The notes below the pieces were generated by a model. That model did no database searches. It was given only the letters and a program-made list of their open reading frames with translations, and was not told the DNA's origin. From Daphnia carinata (lineage: Eukaryota): a stretch of DNA of 64,000 bases. Location: contig NC_081333.1 of NCBI RefSeq assembly GCF_022539665.2, positions 5,270,001-5,334,000 on the forward strand. The letters run 5' to 3'. Within the stretch, counting starts at the first letter, position 1, and every line of letters starts with the position of its first letter. This document shows positions 36,228 through 48,061 of the stretch, one piece after another. Both the position numbers and the translations under genes were made by a program.

Positions 36228-37427
36228 TTACTGCCGACCTTGCCCCGAGGGGTCGGCTGATGCGTTTCCCGAAGACGTGGTGGACCAACGTGGATTAGGA
36301 TGGGGACAGTCACGCGAAATATGGCCAAAGCCTGAGCAATTGTAGCACTGCACTTCATTTCTAGAGCCCGGAGGACGACGTTCGAATGTTACTTGTTTGG
36401 ATTCCGGCTCTCCTGGCCCAGGCGAGATAGGCCGGGTCACTTTGCGGTTTCAGACAGCTACATGGTTAGTCAGGGCCTCGACGGCCTGGAACAGCGAGTT
36501 GTTGGTCTCGGGGTTTCCTGTACTTTCCCCGGTCGTCAGTGATGCGCTAGGGGAGTGGGCGACTGGCTCGCTAATACTTTCTAAGCGACGAACTTCAGTA
36601 AGGAACGCGTTAACTGAAGCGGGTGGGTTCCCCATCATGACCGAACGCATTTTAGCACGGTGTAGTCCTCGAATTAGGTATGGGATTAACTCGGCATCGG
36701 TAAGGGGTGTAGCTCGTCGACGACACAACTTCACTTTGTCGAGTGCATAGGCGGATCCGGATTCATTCGGCAGTTGTTTTCTCCCTTCCACCAGTACTTG
36801 CCACTGGCCTTCCGTTAGTTGCACTTCAAAGGCCCCTCGTAGACCGTTAATCCAATCGTCCCACTGAAGAATGTTTGTTCCGATTTCTTCGTGCCACGTA
36901 AGCGCCTTCCCAAACAGTGAGCTTATGGCGGCTCTTCGTTTACATGCGTCACCCCAGTTTTCCGCCAGAGCCTTCCGATTAACCAGCTGCAACCAATCCT
37001 GGAGTATCTCGTCTGTTGATCCTGAATACTTCACGTCACCTTCGAGCGTTATACGGACAAAGATGGCTGGAGCCGGGATTGGGGGTTGATGGCCGGCTGG
37101 AGCCGCAGCTGGAACGGCTAAGAGCCGGTTGGTTAGGGCCGTCAGCAATTCCTGTTGTTGTTGTATCTGCTGTTGTTGAAGCTGGAACTGCTGTTGTTGT
37201 TGCTGTTGATTGGCCGTTTGTGCGGCCAGGGCGGCGTTCAGGACATTCGGGTCCATGTCGGTCAGTTCGACTCCCAATGCTTCTTCGGCGTCAAGGAATT
37301 CCTCAAGTTTTCTATTCGAACAACGTTCAGGGAAGCACGAACAACTTTCGCCGCACTGTTGATGCCCCTTTGCGCACACACACCTAGTACAAAACCCTAC
37401 TCCGCACTGGCAGTGAGATCGACTCAT
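36228..37427 (-). pseudogene. Gypsy Gag with N-terminal CXC domain, poly-Q, capsid and CCHC knuckle (frameshift near 36445)
   Basis: CQCGVGFCTRCVCAKGHQQCGESCSCFPERCSNR; YSGSTDE..DWL; RKQLPNESGSAY; LIRGL. Confidence 0.88.
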
Positions 37428-37460
37428 TCGCACCTCGACAAGCCTGACCAAAATGGCGTA

Positions 37461-38737
37461 GGGGAGGGCGGGGCTATTCCGGTCGGTTTTTGCTTTTTGC
37501 CAGTAACTTCTTAACTATTCGTGATATTTTGTGGGTTTTTGTTTTAGAAAATGAAGAAACAATCTAGCTTTTACGGGTTTTTTTCCTATATTTTTCAAGT
37601 TTAATTCGGAATTACAATTTTAATACAAAATTTGGCATAGAATGACCGGGCTAACCCTGTTGCTGGGGTTATGCCGGTCAGCTCTTAAACAAGCAATAAG
37701 CCATTAGAAATTGGTCTTTCTAACTTGCAATACCGATCGACCAGAACGTGTTTTTTTAACCGAAGCAATGAATGTGGCTTCATTTTGGGTATCGTCATCG
37801 TTATCTTGAAATAAGGAGACTTTGCGCGGTTTTTTTTCTCTGGCCATTTTTGCCCTGCCACTTGTTCCTTCCGAGGATGATGCTGTTGACGACGTAGGTT
37901 CAGTCGGATTCGCTGTTGACGATGTAGCTGGAGGTGGAGCCGCGATCGGAACTATACAAATAAAATTTAAATTATTAATATTTAAATTATGAGAAACTCT
38001 AGTTACCTATTTGCCTATCAGTGACATGTTCTGGCAGGAAGTCATTTTCGGAAAAAACGTACCGATTGAAGGGCCAAATTTCAGTTGATCGGAATCCCGA
38101 TATTATGTTGGCCGGCTTAAACTTTTCGATAAAAGCAAGCCGAGTCAAGAGTGCAATATCATCGATCCGCACTCTTTCACCAGGATGTGTGGCCAACGAA
38201 TCGTCTTGTTCTCGACGCAAAGCATGTTTGAACGGCCCAAAGACGGACACGTCCAACGGTTGCAGTCACAAGGTGACGATCAACGGTGCACGTCCAATAA
38301 GCTTTTAACAAGCTGCTAAAACTATAGAAGACATTGACCGGTTTAACCCCACCAAATCGACCGGTCTAACCCCAATAGGGGTCCTATGCGCAACTTCAAG
38401 AAGATGCGCAATCAAAAAACATAATCAAAAATCCAAAGCAAGGAGAATTTTCTAGAAAAGACAAGCTATTTTTCTACTGAAAAAAGGAATTTCTATCTTG
38501 TTTTGTATCATCGCTATGCGAAGTGAAGCTTCCCGTGTCCAAAATTAAAATTAATGCGTTTTCGATAGTTAGTTATATATCAGCCAATGTTTATTAAATC
38601 ATCTCAATCATTTCCGCAGTGATGCAGTACATTATTATAAACATAAGGATTTTTTTGTGAATTCTTAAATAAGATTTAGTTTTTTTTTTAGTTGATTGAC
38701 CGGCATAACCCCTGACCGGCGTAGCCCCGGCCTCCCC
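37461..38737 (-). mobile_element. Internally deleted pogo/DDE_1-type DNA transposon with TA TSD
   Basis: TIRs TA|GGGGAGGGCGGGGCTA and TAGCCCCGGCCTCCCC|TA; subterminal GACCGG..AACCC repeats; LQPLDVSVFGPFK...NIISGFRSTEIWPFN at 38000-38265. Confidence 0.88.
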
Positions 38738-39151
38738 TATGTTCAGTTTTTTTTTTTTTTTTTTTTTTTTTTGTTCGTTTGTTCGTTTCCGCAAAGCCAG
38801 CGATCACTTTAGTATCGGATGGCAGAGATTTGGGGTGATTCGACTCAAGCGACCACGCAATGCAAGGTATACCTTCCTACGACAATGCCGCGGGACTAAA
38901 ACGAGGGAAAACCGCGTGCTCTCCATGTTACGCGAATCGATTGCGTAGCAACCAGATGAAACGGGTAAAACGAACCTGCAGCGAATTTCACGACTGACAC
39001 CGAACGACTTCCACGTTGATTTCCGAAGGAACACACGCAAGACTCACGAAACCATCGATGTGGCCTCGTGACGAACTCGTAGAACGCTAATAAAAAAAAC
39101 CACGGCCTCGCAAGACAGGACACTGGAATTATTACCTCAGTTGCGATCTCG

Positions 39152-39163
39152 CCGCTGCCACCA
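39152..39163 (-). promoter_or_regulatory. PBS complementary to tRNA-Leu
   Basis: TGGTGGCAGCGG, 2 nt after the LTR end. Confidence 0.85.
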
Positions 39164-39165
39164 AA

Positions 39166-39420
39166 TGTTGCGGAAAGGTCTTAAAACAAACGCAAAACAA
39201 CGAACACGTTGAAATTTCTGTAGTTAGGCCTTGCCTCACGACGTTCATCGTTCGTCTCGCAAAGCGTCTCGTCACAATCTGCCCGAACTCTTTACATTCA
39301 CTCAAAAAAACAGGGGATTAAAACAGGGGGTTAGGAAAACAGGGATAAAAACTAGCCCACGGCTAACAGGAAGACAAAACGCTTAAGGGCTAAGCGTTAG
39401 CATTTGGACATTTTGCAACA
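39166..39420 (-). repeat. Gypsy 5' LTR (255 bp)
   Basis: TGTTGC...GCAACA termini adjacent to the PBS. Confidence 0.85.
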
Positions 39421-39969
39421 AGCTCATGATGACCGTTCGCAGGCTCGCTATTCGCGTAATCCGCCCTACGATGAAGATGTCAAATGGCTTCTCTCTGTCG
39501 CCAAGAAACTTGGTAATGATATTTCATTGAAAAATTTATTTGCTAAAAATACAAGACGTTAATGACGGTATGTTCAATAGGAAACGGATTGCCTCCAGCA
39601 GTTCTGCGTCGTGACGGCGAACTATTTGTACTTCTCGAGATTACTGTAGAGGCAGCCCATTTTTTCGCCCACACTCGATCATCACCACCCATCCGTATAT
39701 GCAACACTTGCGTTCGCGAGTCTTGATGCCACTTATTCAAAAGCGTCACCAAATGTAACTTACCTTTACAGGATTTAATGCTTTCTAGCGTTACATGATG
39801 TGTTTCCTCTTTCATGTAGGTACATCCAGTGCATTAACCACAAGTTGTATCACCTCAATCCTACCGATTACGACGACTTTCTAACGATAATTCAAACGGC
39901 AAGAACGGCTTTTTACCTTATACCAACGGGTCCGATGCAGATCAATGAATTTCTGGAGTCTATTCAAAA
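39421..39969 (+). pseudogene. C-terminal exons of a ZSWIM4/5/6-family gene
   Basis: AHDD..ARYSRNPPYDEDVKWLL..AKKLG; LQQFCV; FVLLEI; YIQCINHKLYHLNPTDYDDFLTIIQTARTAF..P.G.MQ.NEFL match the ZSWIM5/6 C-terminus as I recall it. Frameshifted, with introns. Confidence 0.8.
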
Positions 39970-41730
39970 GTAAGAACCTTTTTTATTATTATTCTATTCT
40001 ATTTGAATTTGTAAAGTTAAATCATTCGTCTTTCCAAACCATGGCCGAAATCCTGCACTTAAGACTTATGGGGCCGTCTAATGGCCATCATTCGTCAACC
40101 AGTCGTTTGACACAAAGTCATTAATAGGAAATTTTTTTTAGCTTGCATCCACCTCCACAACTTTTTTCGTTTCGCGCAAAAATTAAAATTGTAAATAGTT
40201 CGTTGTCATCCGTAGTATCGTTTAGATTACCTCGTTCGTTAAAATCTCTCCCCACTTCACGTTTAATCCAATCCGATGAAAAATTTCACTTACTTCGCTC
40301 GTGTCGCAAAGTGATCGATGCCCGAATCGATAGTTTATTCTACCTGTCTTTTTTTTTTTAACCAGACTCGCTTCAATTTTATATGAAAAAAACACACACA
40401 TTAAAACAGATGCCAATTTAAAAATTAAATTTTCTCATCCCTGCTCGAAACTATTGTTGTACGGCTTTTTTTCTTTTTTTTCCATTTTCACTATTCCATA
40501 GACCGTATAAATATATTTCACAGGCAGATAAATCTCAGTGAGCTTCCAACTAAAGGAAAATGGTTGTCTGAAAACATTTTTATTTTCTGTTCATCCGATT
40601 CTCAATCCGCATCGACGCTGTTGACAAAATGCTTCTCTGTTTCGGTTTCGACTTCAAATTTGTAGGAAACAAACTATGATACTTCGTGCGGAAAAAATTT
40701 TATAAGAAGAAAAGAAGGCGCGTTAGTTTTAAATTGAAACATAAAATTAAAAAATAAGTAACTGAAGACTAAAGGAACAGGTTCATCAAACTGGCTCAAT
40801 AACGATTTGTTTTTATTAACTAAAAAAATTCGTTTATGTCACTTGGCAAACATGTATGAAGTTTGATAAAATTTGATCCTTTATTCTTAGCTGTTCTAAG
40901 TTTTTCTTTGTGACTTGACTGTTAAACTGCTCTACACCTATGTAAAAAAAAGAAAAAAAAAGAAACTTGGGATGTCGCTATTTTTTAGTAGTGTCCGATC
41001 TCACGTATTTCGCCCCTCGTCCGACTTGTTTCGCTTGTGATATCGTGTTCTACAGCCAACCGTTTCATCAACGTTCTCACGACGATCGTTGACATCCATA
41101 AATTTGCGTTTTTCAACAATCAACATTGAAAAGCAAAGTGACGTTGCCATATTGTCCGTTGTACTATCATCGCCATTTCAAGCGTTCGATAGACGCCGTG
41201 TTGAAGCACATCCGCAGTGGAAACGTATCAGTTTGAATCGAGGCTTCATGACTTGAAGAAACCACCAAAGAAAAGACGGTCAATAAACAAAACAAAAAAA
41301 CAATCGTAAATTCCATTCAAATGGGATCGCAAGTCTCGCAGCCGGTGACAGTTGAACAAGTGCGGCCGGGTCTCTGCTGTTGCCAATGGCGGATGGCAGA
41401 GAGCGTTCGTGATTTCCGTTGTTACGCCAACGCGTTTAAATTACGCGACCGTCGGCCGAGCTCGTACAGCATCGCGGCCACCTAGATCAAAAAGAAGTAC
41501 AACGTTATTGTGGAAGCGTCACGAGAATTTGTTCATAAATCAAGTCACGAAACGGCTAAATTATTCAGCATCGGAGAAGATGAATCGGGACACCGATGCC
41601 ACAGCTACCCCACGAGAAGAGAAATGAAGAGATTTACCGCAATCCATTTGGATCAGTTACGGAGGTAAGACATTCACTAACAAAAAAAGAAAAAACAAAT
41701 TAACTTACGATTCACTTGAATTTTTTTTAG

Positions 41731-41974
41731 GTGGGCAGAATCAAATTTTACCTGAATAAGCACTTGGTGTTTGGAGACCGAACGATTTCCAGTCAACACT
41801 TCACTGGACCAACGTTCGTTACCTTATCGTGCTATGACCGTTTGGCCACGGACGGGATGCGGATTGGCATTCCGTTTGTGGATGGGCTTTCAGACGACCA
41901 GCCGAGGCGAAAAAACAGCATTAAGGCATTTCAGCGATGCATTCACCAATCAGAGCTACTGTGATGTCCAGTAG
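41731..41974 (+). pseudogene. Possible fragment of a BTB/POZ (SPOP-like) gene
   Basis: ALRHFSDAFTNQSYCDVQ resembles the pre-BTB 'SDV' start; it is truncated immediately after. Confidence 0.35.
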
Positions 41975-43078
41975 GATCTCGGATCTGAGACGATAGGGGC
42001 TCACGTCGCTGTCCTATCCGCTCAAAGTTCCATCTTCTCCGCCATGTTCCAGAATGACATGCAAGAGGCAGCGTGGCTTGGTCTTGCTGCCTCCTGCTCT
42101 GCTTTTTGCGTTCGTTTTGCTTTTTCCTCTCGGTACTCGTGGCTGGTGGTAGGGATGGAGGAAAATGAATGACACGTTACAAATATATATACGTACGAAT
42201 TTTTCTAATGCACAGTTATATACTGTAATGCACAGCATAAAATAATTGCCGACCATACGCCATAAATTGCTATTGACCAAAAGAAACCTGGATAGCCTAC
42301 ATTCGAACATTGTAAAAATTGAACAAGAAATTTCAAAGAAGGCAACAGTCGTCTACTATGGATCCTGTGTGCGTTCTGCGTCAGGTCCCCTCGGATGTAG
42401 TATTACTGGGCGATATTTTTAGTGGACCTGGAGATTTTATTTGTTAATTACCAGAGGGATCGTGTAACGATCCCGAAAGGTAATTGTAATTGTGCTAGAA
42501 ATAAAGGAAGAGACGACCCTAAGGGTGTAGACCCATTTATTTAGCTCTTTAAAGAAAAAAAACAAAAAAAACAAAAAAAAACAAAGGAACACCTATTCCT
42601 TTCCTAATGCCTGGATACGCCCCCTCTCTTCAGACTTATTTCACCAGGGCTTGTAACAACTTTAACAACATAAACAACTAAACGAAACAATGATTATGAA
42701 ATCAGAGATGGACCAGAGAAAAAACCTGACGTAATTATGACAGGGGAAAAAAACTCTGTCCGTAACGGTCATGAAAAAGGGTAACAACAGTAGTGCCATT
42801 CAAAGATCAACTCGTTAAGAAAAGACACAACAAAAAATTGCAGTTCTTCTATAGCTGCCATCTCGCCAGGGGTTTTCTTAGCCATGAAGCTGATTTGCTG
42901 GACGTTCGATGGACTGATTCCAGTTATGACTACTGCCTCCGCTGAAACCTCTGGGCTTTCTGGCTTGGTTTACTCTATCAGAAACCAAAATATAATGAAA
43001 ATACAAAAGGCTGACGGATATCAAACCACACAATAATTCTCCATAAATGAAGCCAGGGTGGGTTTGGGTGGGAGACAG

Positions 43079-43203
43079 ACCCTTAGGGTCGTCTCTTCAT
43101 TTATTTCTAGCACAATTACAATTACCTTTCGGGATCGTTACACGATCCCTCTGGTAATTAACAATTGTGCTGCGAAATGCCATTTCGTTAGACCCTAAGG
43201 GTG
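43079..43203. repeat. DIRS internal complementary region (ICR)
   Basis: 43079-43164 is the reverse complement of 42441-42525, and 43165-43203 of 47229-47267. Together they spell the circle junction GCACAATTGTTAATTA. Confidence 0.95.
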
Positions 43204-43259
43204 ACTTTGTAGATTTGTTTAAATGTGAGTTTGTCCGAAGACTGATGATTCAACCGTTG

Positions 43260-44070
43260 CCTCCGCCGATCGGTTGTAATCTTCAAAACGTCGATTCGTG
43301 AGACGAGCTTCCCGCTTTTAAAATTGCATCCATTGACAATCCGTTGTTTGACGCCATAGAAGCTGCCGCGCTTCTAGTTGAATGTGCCCCAAATACCTTC
43401 GTATTGATCCAGGCTTCCTTTAGGACGGATCTTATCCATCGACTCACCGTGTTGGGTGACACTGGTTTGTGCGGAGCAATGACTGCTATAACCAGCCTAT
43501 CACTGTTGTGTTCCGCTCGAAAACTACTAGTGCGCTTCTTGTATGACTCCAACGTCCTAACCGGACATACCTTTGGATCTGGAAAAGCTGTTAAAGGGAA
43601 TGTTTGCTATGGACCGCTTCTCTGAGCTTTCCTCGGCGCCCCAACGCGAATTTTACGCTATTTGAAGCGAATACTAACGAACTGTATTCAATTGCCGCAA
43701 TTTCTGAGACTCGCATGAGCGTCGCTAGCGCAATCAACGTTACCATTTTGTACGCTAACAGGTATAGAGGTAACGAATCGTTTTCTCCTAACGAAGAAAC
43801 AAAGGTGAGGACTTGATTAGGATCCCATGTTGCATTGTATCTCGGACGAGGCGGATTTCGATTGTAACAACCTTTGAACAATCTTACTACTTCCGGCCGC
43901 TCGCCTATGAGCACGCCCTCCGCTGGCTTAAGAGTGCTCGACAACATCGACCTATGAAGATTAATAGAACTATACGATTTACCCGACGCATGCAAATTTG
44001 TTAAAAATTCCAAGATGTCCGCTATAACAATTGAGAAGGGATTCGAACGCCTCCCCATACACCAATGCAC
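43260..44070 (-). pseudogene. DIRS tyrosine recombinase (frameshifted, N-terminally deleted)
   Basis: SYSSINLHRS, PPRPRY..TWD, LATLMRVSEI, VSRWIR and FGAHSTRSA. Confidence 0.9.
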
Positions 44071-44174
44071 CCAACGGGAACCACGGCTGGCCTATCCAAA
44101 CTGGACAAACAAAAACCACTACAGATTTTTCCCGCCTGATCTTTCCTAAGCATTTGAAAGTGAGCATCTAGTCT

Positions 44175-46136
44175 TTAAATTGAAATTGGCCGATTGCGCT
44201 TGTTTGATGTAGAACCATTGCAATCTACGGTAATGCGCCTGAGCGTATGGAATCGCTGGATCGCCCAGGTAAAGTTGCCCATGATAGACGCAATCTTTCG
44301 CAAAGAAATTGATTCCGCCGCAAGCGCCGCTTCACACATCTTCTTAACTGCTTTTACTTTGATGTTTGGCAAGGCGAAGGACAATCGAACCGAGTCGATT
44401 ACTAGCCCCAGATATTCTAGGACTTGCGTAGGGACCAACACGGATTTTTCCAAATTTATTAAAAAACCCAGATGTTTTAGCAACTGGATGGTTACGTTAA
44501 GATCCCCTAATGTGCTTTCTTCAGACACATTCAAAATTAAGATGTCATCCAAATAGATTATCAGTCTTACGGCCTTTTTTCTCAAAAAACCCATGACAAC
44601 GTTGAGAATTTTTGTAAAAATCCTTGGCGCGGAAGCCAGACCAAAGGCCAGACAGGCAAATTGGAATAAACGCCCCTTCCACTGGAACCGCAAAAACTTT
44701 TGGTGGGCAGCACAAACCGGCACCGTCAGGTAGGCGTCTTTTAAATCTAGTTTAACCATCCAATCCCCTTTTCGTAAAAGAAAACGAGCCGATTCTAGAT
44801 TTTCCATCTTGAAGTGTTCGTACCGAATAAATTGATTTAAGGGCTTCAGATTAATGATAGGCCTAAACCCACCCGATTTTTTGGGAATCACAAATAAAGA
44901 ACAAACGAACCCTTCAGACCCGTCAGTTATTTCTCTAATAGCCCGCTTTCTGACAAGATCCCTCACTTCTCTGTCACAAACTGTCTCCATCTCTTTGGGC
45001 ATTACAACAGGGACAGGAATTGTGCGATGAGTAGGTGAAATGCTGAAATCGAGTTTAACGCCATGCGATAAACTATCGAGGATCCATTGATCGTCCGTTA
45101 CCACCGTCCAACGATCCGCAAAAGCTATCAACCTAGCACCCACTTGCTCTTCCGCCCGACGTTTAGAACAAATAATAGATTGGGGATTAAAAACGTACCT
45201 TTGGCCTCCCCGTAACCAGGAACTAGCCCCAGTCGGTCGTCCTCTTTCCCCTCCAACTCGTTGCGGTGGCTGCTCCCTCGTCTTCCTCGGGCGCAAAACG
45301 AAAGGGTGCTTCAATGCTGATTGAGAATGGTCCATTGACCCATTTCCTCTGGACCTGAAACTTGTCTTGGTCTTTGAGATTTTAGCCAATGTTGCGTCCT
45401 GCGATGCTTCTTTAAGCATCGACTCCAGGAACTTTCCCGTAAAAAGAAGCTCTCGAGCCTCCTTTCCGGGTGCAAACGCTTCCGGGTCAGCTGCAAGAAA
45501 GTCAAAACCGGGTTCCACTAAGGCAACCACCGATCGCCTTCTCTGCCGGGTAACGTGGTGATAGGCGCGAGACCACTGCTGTAGTGCATCCTTTACCAAA
45601 TCCTGGGCTTTTCTTTCCGATTCTCCATCACTGAGGGAAAGAATGCGGGTATAGAGGTCTATAAGTGGCGGGCCAATATCCATGATCTTGAGTTGCGTCG
45701 TGACCAGCGACTCCTCCGCCGCATTGACTGCTGTTAACTTCCCTTTATCCTTTGACCGTCTATACATGTAGCCGTCGAGTTTGGGTGGTCTTAACGAAAA
45801 TTCTTTGTCCACAAAATCAAGCGGAATCCTCTTTGAAATTGCTTTAGATTCGTCAGTTGGTACTCCTTTCGTCAACCAGCTGGAAAGAGCTTCGGTGACC
45901 TCTTGTGGCACTACCAACGGTACAGGTTCTTTACTACCATTCGACCTTAGACTACGGGGCTCTGGGGTACGCTCCTTTGATGAACCCGGCCTCGGTGAGC
46001 TGGGTACGGCTGGCGACCTGGCCGCTTGCTGCCCTGCCAAACTCTCTGGCCTTCGATTTGCTGGGCGCCATGGCCGCTTAAAGAATCCTTGCAGACGATC
46101 CTGATCTTCGTGGTCGTCTATCACTATTTCTTCCAC
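44175..46136 (-). CDS. DIRS gag-reverse transcriptase fusion ORF (653 aa; RNase H end lost)
   Basis: VGARL..F...W, LFVIPKKSGGFRPIINLK, KLDLKDAY, FGLASAPRIFTK, YLDD and YLGL. Confidence 0.88.
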   Translation of the reverse strand: MEEIVIDDHEDQDRLQGFFKRPWRPANRRPESLAGQQAARSPAVPSSPRPGSSKERTPEPRSLRSNGSKEPVPLVVPQEVTEALSSWLTKGVPTDESKAISKRIPLDFVDKEFSLRPPKLDGYMYRRSKDKGKLTAVNAAEESLVTTQLKIMDIGPPLIDLYTRILSLSDGESERKAQDLVKDALQQWSRAYHHVTRQRRRSVVALVEPGFDFLAADPEAFAPGKEARELLFTGKFLESMLKEASQDATLAKISKTKTSFRSRGNGSMDHSQSALKHPFVLRPRKTREQPPQRVGGERGRPTGASSWLRGGQRYVFNPQSIICSKRRAEEQVGARLIAFADRWTVVTDDQWILDSLSHGVKLDFSISPTHRTIPVPVVMPKEMETVCDREVRDLVRKRAIREITDGSEGFVCSLFVIPKKSGGFRPIINLKPLNQFIRYEHFKMENLESARFLLRKGDWMVKLDLKDAYLTVPVCAAHQKFLRFQWKGRLFQFACLAFGLASAPRIFTKILNVVMGFLRKKAVRLIIYLDDILILNVSEESTLGDLNVTIQLLKHLGFLINLEKSVLVPTQVLEYLGLVIDSVRLSFALPNIKVKAVKKMCEAALAAESISLRKIASIMGNFTWAIQRFHTLRRITVDCNGSTSNKRNRPISI

Positions 46137-46375
46137 CTCATCCTCTTCTTGCGGTGGTCCATAGTCTTCCTCTTGCTCGTCGGTTCTGTGTCTATTGCCA
46201 CAGTCAAAACTCTCACGACTTGGCTCACGCTCGCTGTCCTCATCCTATATTGCCTATCCTCCACACGATTATATTCCGCACAAAAACTGTCACGGCAGGA
46301 ATTATAATTCGCCGTATCACTCCAAAACCCTCGCCCGGCCTTACGTGTGTAAAAATTCCGCACGTCATACCCATA

Positions 46376-46822
46376 GGCAGACTTGCCGTCCGATTATTTC
46401 TTGAGCGATTATCGGTAGCCGTCGATAATCGCAAAAAAAATGATCGGCGATCATTCGTCTGTTGAAAAAATTTGATCGGCGATTAAATTTCTTAGCGATT
46501 TGTTTTTCCGATTATTTTTTAGCGCCATCTAGCAGTAAGAAAATAACTTGCCATTGTTTAAATTAAAAAATTGAAACAAGTGAACATTTCAAAAAAGCGT
46601 CTGCTAGAAAAGTAACAAAGCTATGAGTAAGACTTTCATATAGTCTCATCTACCGTTCACAGCTGTCGCTAAATAATCGGAAAAATAATCGCCCGATTAA
46701 ATTAAAAATTTTAATCGAAATCGCCGATTTCGATTATTTTAAAATAATTTGATCGCCGATTTAAATTTTAATCGAAATCGCAATCGCGATTAATTTTCAA
46801 TCGCGATTACGGCAGGTCTGCC
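46376..46822. mobile_element. MITE with 14-bp TIRs and a 4-bp TSD (CATA) inside the DIRS 5' ORF
   Basis: CATA|GGCAGACTTGCCGT ... ACGGCAGGTCTGCC|CATA; many CGATT/AATCG subterminal repeats. Confidence 0.85.
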
Positions 46823-47589
46823 CATAGGTTGGTCTGACTGCCATAATCTTGGTCGTAACGATCGTAGATTGGGGCGAGGTAGAGACGGTCGCGATAAAAA
46901 CCACTCGGCGTTGGACGTGGGGGGGGGGACCTTTCCCTTTCTTGATAACGTGAATCGTAGTAACTTTGGCGATCACGATAACGAGAGTGTTTTAAAAATT
47001 CTCTTTCCTGCTCCCTATTTGAAAAATTTACGGCACGTGGATCAAACCAATCGTTTCTATGCCTATCTCTGTAATTTCCAGGTGCCGACATCCTTACTCT
47101 GTAAGAGCTAAAATAAGTCTGAAGAGAGGGGGCGTATCCAGGCATAGGAAAGGAATAGGTGTTCCTTTGTTTTGTTTTTTTGTTTTTTTTTGTTTTTTTT
47201 TCTTTAAAGAGCTAAATAAATGGGTCTACACCCTTAGGGTCTAACGAAATGGCATTTCGCAGCACAATTCACATACGTGGGAAATTTGTGTTTACCAGAC
47301 GTTGCTACAATTATTTCGTATTGTGATTCAATAGGGAGTGCACAGGAGCATGTCGCAAAATACGGATTAATGAATGAAAATTATACACCTGATGAAAACC
47401 TATGAATAAAGCCCCTATGAAAGACACTGTAGCGCAGCTCAGATTGCCGTAAAAACGTCGCATCGAGGCGGGGCTTGTACTCGAAATATCCGTATCTTTC
47501 ACGAATGACGAGTTGCGTGATTTTCAAGCGATACATCGCAATTGATTATTTTTTCCATTAACATTGGCCGATGACTTATAAAACTTTAG

Positions 47590-48050
47590 GAGACATCCAC
47601 CATTCTTCTTTGTGTATTTTCAGCAGAAGCTCCATTCAGACGCGGTATTTGCTGGACGACATTTTACTGGGCATAGAGATTTCAGTTCTTCTTTCGGCAA
47701 CTCTCGTCCATCAATGAAGAAACCATCTTCGCGCTGCGTCGGATAAGGCTTAGCGTGTGGAATTTTTTCGCAACAACAACTATCGTGAGACATCTGCATT
47801 ATTATAGCACATACCAGATTTTTCAGTCAAATGCTTTATGGAACTCAGTGTTTCAATAGTTTTACCCTGCTGGTTGTGGCTCTCGGCCAAAATATTCTGT
47901 TTAATAATTGTTGGTCATAAGTGTGCACGTGCCGATGATTTTCGTGGACCATTTTCGGCGCTGCGTCTACAATAGTGGACCTGCCTTGACTTACCTTACT
48001 CATCGCGACTGAAAATTGATTTAAATGGGCCTCTCTAGCCACCCCTATTG
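47590..48050 (-). pseudogene. C-terminal fragment of an uncharacterised Cys-containing invertebrate protein family
   Basis: YDQQLLNRIFWPRA|intron|SHDSCCCEK..KPYPTQREDGFF...CPVKCRP. Function not assignable. Confidence 0.45.
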
Positions 48051-48061
48051 TTGATTTAGCC

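Larger units (their letters stand above)
34953..39420 (-). mobile_element. Internally deleted Gypsy element: 5' LTR, PBS, gag, protease and integrase C-terminus; no RT/RNase H
   Basis: LTR 39166-39420; gag 36450-37427; knuckle CYNCSGFGHISRDC; protease IVDSGA; GPY/F-like KKFLAQFIEPYQI. No 3' LTR found. Confidence 0.9.
42441..47269 (-). mobile_element. DIRS1-like tyrosine-recombinase retrotransposon with complete termini and an internal deletion
   Basis: Inverted terminal repeats (~42515-42641 vs ~47112-47241). ICR at 43079-43203 is complementary to both ends. Carries a gag-RT ORF, an MT remnant and a YR. Confidence 0.95.

Noticed and set aside
43260..46136. RT plus tyrosine recombinase as a novel retron/phage-like system
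   Set aside because: The ITR/ICR architecture and protein motifs are fully explained by a known DIRS1-type retrotransposon.
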